DNA of 64,000 nucleotides, from positions 372,001 to 436,000 of the forward strand of contig CATNEN010000028.1 in assembly GCA_950097015.1 (NCBI GenBank), given 5' to 3'. Numbering within the stretch: position 1 is the first letter of the stretch; each line of letters starts with the position of its first letter. Below, one piece after another: positions 60,601 to 64,000 of this stretch. A program made the translations under genes and the position numbers. Origin of the DNA: Macrostomum hystrix. Taxonomy: Eukaryota > Animalia > Platyhelminthes. The notes beneath the pieces are model-generated. The model saw nothing but the letters and a program-made list of their open reading frames with translations, searched no databases and had not been told where the DNA came from.

Positions 60601-62660
60601 AGCGGCCGGATAGGCGGCGGCAGCCGCGGCAGCCGCAGCGGCTGAGGATTTTCTCGCCGACGCGGCCGACGACGGCCTCGGCGCGCTGCCCGGCCGCCTC
60701 TGGGCTGCCGCTGGCGGTGGCGAACCCTGCTGAATGGCCGCCACCTCCTGGGAATGCGAACGGAATCTGACACACTAGAACTGGAGTCTGGCACTCTAGA
60801 AGTGGACTCTGGCACTCTAGAATTGGAGTCTGGCGCTCTTGAACGGGTTCTGGCACTCTTATACTATAATCTGGCACTCTTATACTATAATCTGGCACTC
60901 TTATACTATAATCTGGCACTCTTATACTATAATCTGGCACTCTTATACTAGAATCTGGCACTCATACTAGAATCTGGCACTCTTATACTAGAATCTGGCA
61001 CTCTGGTTCTCTAAAAATCACAAAATAACTATAACATTTGTCCAGAAATCTTATTCATAAACATTGTTGACATTGACTTACCTCGGCCGAGATGTGCTTA
61101 AGCAAAGCGGGCAGCAGCACCTCCTTCTTCAACAGTGCGTGCACAGTTGGCCGATCTCTATAATTTACAAGAAAACTACTCATAATGTTCTAATGTTCTA
61201 CAGTAGTAAGAAGCGGACATGAAAATTTAAATTAAATCAAGCCAGATATAATTACCTAGGATTCTTGCGAAACATAGCCGAACAAATGGATCGAATCTCC
61301 AAACTGTACCTGGGCGATACGGGCATCACGTTGCCCAATTTGATATTGATGTACAGCTGCTTCTCATTCTTGGCTTCGAATGCGTGATTAAGAGTTAAAA
61401 GTTCGTAAAGCACACAGCCCAGTGACCAGATGTCCGTCTTATTGTTGTAGGCCTCTGATTTTACAATTTCGGGACTGACATAGTAGGGTGTGCCGATAGC
61501 GGTGCTGGCTAACTGCAGAGTGCAGTCCAAAGTTTTCGCCACGCCAAAGTCGCCAAGTTTCACCTGGCCGCTGCGCATCAGAAAAATGTTCTGCGGCTTG
61601 ATGTCTCTGACAGATTGGAGAGCGAGGATGTGACAGTTCAGGGTAGCATGTGACAGTTCAGGGTAGCATGTGACAGTTCAGGGTAGCATGTGACAGTTCA
61701 GGGTAGCATGTGACAGTTCAGGGTAGCATGTGACAGTTCAGGGTAGCATGTGACAGTTCAGGGTAGCATGTGACAGTTCAGGGTAGCATGTGACAGTTCA
61801 GGGTAGCATGCGACAGTTCAGGGTAGCATGCGACAGTTCAGGGTAGCATGCGACAGTTCAGGGTAGCATGTGACAGTTCAGGGTAGCATGTGACAGTTCA
61901 GGGTAGCATGTGACAGTTCAGGGTAGCATGTGACAGTTCAGGGTAGCATGCGACAGTTCAGGGTAGCATGTGACAGTTCAGGGTAGCATGTGACAGTTCA
62001 GGGTAGCATGTGACAGTTCAGGGTAGCATGTGACAGTTCAGGGTAGCATGTGACAGTTCAGGGTAGCATGTGACAGTTCAGGGTAGCATGTGACAGTTCA
62101 GGGTAGCATGTGACAGTTCAGGGTAGCATGTGACAGTTCAGGGTAGCATGTGACAGTTCAGGGTAGCATGTGACAGTTCAGAGGAGATAAGATGAGAATG
62201 GGCTAGCTAGTAGTTTAGGATTTAGAAATTAGGAGTGTGAGATGTGTTGACGGATCGGAAGCTGCAGAAAAGCTCACCTGTGAATGACGTGCTTATCGTG
62301 AACATACTTGAGAGCTAGGCACAACTGGGCGAACCAATCAATCACTTGATCCTCAGGAAATGGCGACCTCTGCGAACTAATTCGCGAACTCAAATCGCCG
62401 CCGTCGCAGTATTCCATAACAATGTGCAAGGTGCCGGGCTCTTCAAACGAATCCAAATAGTGCACAATGCCCGGATGATCGAACTGTTTGAGCAGTTCAA
62501 CTTCCTGCTTGGCTGACTCTCGCTCCCGGTGAGACCTCATTCGGCTGAGCATCACCTCTTTGATGACGCAACGCTGGTTATTGGACTTTTTGCGCACAAG
62601 AATGGCTTTGCCGTAGGCGCCTTCGCCAATGCGGCGCAGGACTTCATAGCCGCTTGACAT
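54677..62660 (-). CDS. NEK1: NIMA-related kinase, NEK1-like; exons 62660-62278, 61606-61256, 61157-61082, 60747-60096, 57923-56883, 56607-56282, 55981-55295, 54850-54677; 1229 aa
   Basis: Kinase motifs IGEGAYG, VIK, MEYCDGGDL, HR|DIKPQN, DFG, IGTPYYVSPE, DIWSLG. NEK1-type tail motifs DYANYHAALD, DFWERKRLAARIKAQG, ETYLRRLEEVRRRNQRERQQ and C-terminal ERLRAELEQ|EVGLDRLLQAY...LGDQHAQLYDKIMTL. All seven introns are GT-AG and phase-consistent. Confidence 0.9.
54883..55186. mobile_element. hAT-family (Charlie-like) MITE in the last NEK1 intron
   Basis: 8-bp TSD GTTTAAAC (54875-54882 and 55187-55194). Degenerate TIRs CAG[CTAG]GGGTCGGCAAACT and AGTTTGCCCCCTG. Subterminal GGCCCG motifs typical of hAT non-autonomous elements. 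Confidence 0.8.
56624..56834 (+). mobile_element. tRNA-derived SINE, 211 bp, antisense within NEK1 intron 5
   Basis: A-box TAGCCTAGTGGTTAG, B-box GAGTTCGATTCC, non-tRNA 3' body, 8-bp TSD TTAATTAG (56616-56623 and 56835-56842). The acceptor and anticodon stems do not form a functional tRNA. Confidence 0.8.
58132..58748. repeat. (GAGATGAGACACCAGA)n minisatellite in NEK1 intron 4; reverse complement of the 29617-30584 family
   Basis: Shares the main unit and the rare variant CTCTCTAACGTGTTTCATCTCTC with the 29.6-30.6 kb array. Confidence 0.92.
59033..59344 (+). CDS. Hypothetical 103-aa ORF antisense within NEK1 intron 4
   Basis: Non-repetitive GC-rich island in AT-rich or repetitive surroundings; ATG to TGA; no recognised family. 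Confidence 0.3.
   Translation: MPFPVSVNGKNRQLQLQLECQLDKLASECFNARRRMDEQMASLVFDWMRIRWRLTPTADDWLTSGVGAEQRLIMRRRLARIRVELEVRSRRLQLRRNAVFGYA
59575..60065. repeat. 24-bp minisatellite (GAACCAATGTCATCCTACGGATTC) in NEK1 intron 4
   Basis: Direct tandem periodicity, ~19 copies. Confidence 0.93.
60765..61005. repeat. 21-bp minisatellite (AATCTGGCACTCTTATACTAT) in NEK1 intron 3
   Basis: Direct tandem periodicity, ~11 copies. Confidence 0.88.
61628..62180. repeat. 20-bp minisatellite (TGACAGTTCAGGGTAGCATG) in NEK1 intron 1
   Basis: About 27 near-identical tandem copies. Confidence 0.95.
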
Positions 62661-64000
62661 GCCTGGAGGTTGAGAACTGTTGAGACAATGGCTGACAGTT
62701 CGTGTGCTGTGATCACCTGAAAATGAACATTGTTTTTTTCACAACATTCAAAAGCTATAATTAGAAAACATAAATAACTTTTGTGAGCCTACTTTTGGCT
62801 TCATCAGAAAGAAGAAAATATAAAAATAAACTTTTATGTATTTTAAAGCAAGCATTTTATATTTAAAAAATACAAAAAATAGTTATGTAATTGTGCAACA
62901 CACAAAATAGATTTCTGTAATAACTGATTATATATAAACTTATATATAATTATATATAATTATATTTGTGATCACACAATTCACATAATTATCACATAAT
63001 TATAATTATATATAAAGTTATATATAAATATATATATATGATTATATATAAATACAAAAAATAGGAATAAGCAAATGTTTTTTATTTTTTCCCAAACAGC
63101 ACAAAAACTAGCTAAGCTAAGTAATAACTTACAGTCTATCATATCACATAATTTGAGTCATGTATCACACACCACAGCTATTTTCACATATAAATACAAT
63201 ATTTCCAATTTTACCATAGGTACATTAGATACATTTTCAAAGCTTATTAAAAATGTTGATCATATGCAAAGGCAGACATAATTTTAGATTGCCACCCCAG
63301 TCGATAGAAAGGGCTATGTTTTAATCATAAGTACTATCGTATTTTAATTGTATATGTATGGCATGGTCACCACGAAAATCTCTTTTACATAACACTTAAT
63401 ATACAAGAGAGCAGTAATCTTTCTAGCGGTCTAAAAGGGACATGAAATATTAAGTGCTAAGACCGAATGTGCTGAGCTAAATATGAAAATAAACATAAAT
63501 TATGTAAGCTTAAAAACGAATTGGCCTATGCCCTATATACAACTAAGTATTGTTATATATAGTACAGATTTACAGACTTGACAGTATAAGTCATCATATC
63601 TATGAATTAGCTGGAACTAATAACAGCAGATAAGAAGCATAAAAATCTAGCAAATATACAAAAATAAAATAAATTAGTACTTAGTTAGCTAGTATTGAAT
63701 TTTCCTCTAGTTAGGTGGATAATGGATAACATCTTAACTATCATAATCGGCGCCAAACTTTATCATTGAAATAGCTCATCTCAAAATTACGCGTAGGGCG
63801 TTAGTGAATGACTCTATAAATTGTGATTACTTTTATTCCGACACTAAAGAATCAAATTAAAAATTAAAAAATCGCCCTTAAAGATCCCTTTTACTTGAAA
63901 ATATTTCTGCTTTTTAACTGCAGATCTCAAGTATTTGTTGTTGTGCGATAGGGCCGGAAAGTTAAACGCGTAGAACTTTTGCGCTCAGGTCCAACACAAG

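Noticed and set aside
897-62180. Long repetitive ORFs (e.g. 2445-3659, 22766-24623, 26491-27450, 29536-30713, 45113-47197, 47194-48959, 57932-58744, 59531-60051)
   Set aside because: They are translations of minisatellites, open in several frames and strands at once, and most lie in introns whose flanking exons join in phase without them.

Overview
Eukaryotic (animal) genomic DNA with spliceosomal GT-AG introns and no prokaryotic features. Poly-Q/poly-A-rich proteins and introns packed with minisatellites suggest a flatworm such as Macrostomum; this is an inference, not demonstrated. Six spliced genes were reconstructed by hand with consistent intron phases: an R3HCC1/R3HCC1L-like gene (-, 5' end unresolved), prohibitin-2 (+), a Tbx2/3 (omb-type) T-box factor (+), a TLNRD1/MESDC1 talin-rod protein (+), a NudC-family NADH pyrophosphatase (NUDT12-like, -) and a NEK1-like kinase (-). 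The window also holds a tRNA-Glu(CTC), a full-length Ty3/gypsy (Mag-like) LTR retrotransposon with identical 155-bp LTRs and a 5-bp TSD, a tRNA-derived SINE, two MITEs and a dispersed repeat. About 25 minisatellite arrays cover roughly a third of the window. The best leads: (1) the NUDT12-like gene has no genomic start ATG, starts at a bare in-frame splice acceptor and may take its AUG from a trans-spliced leader, giving a mitochondrial presequence on a protein that also ends in a PTS1-like ANL; (2) most of the otherwise unrelated minisatellite units share a GATT/AATC core; (3) a hAT MITE carries the seed of a dispersed minisatellite family; (4) a SINE target-site duplication copies an intron branch point; (5) the very young gypsy copy already shows apparent lesions and sits in a minisatellite whose motif is also in its LTR. 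Repeat-array boundaries are approximate. Protein identifications rest on remembered family motifs, not on database searches.
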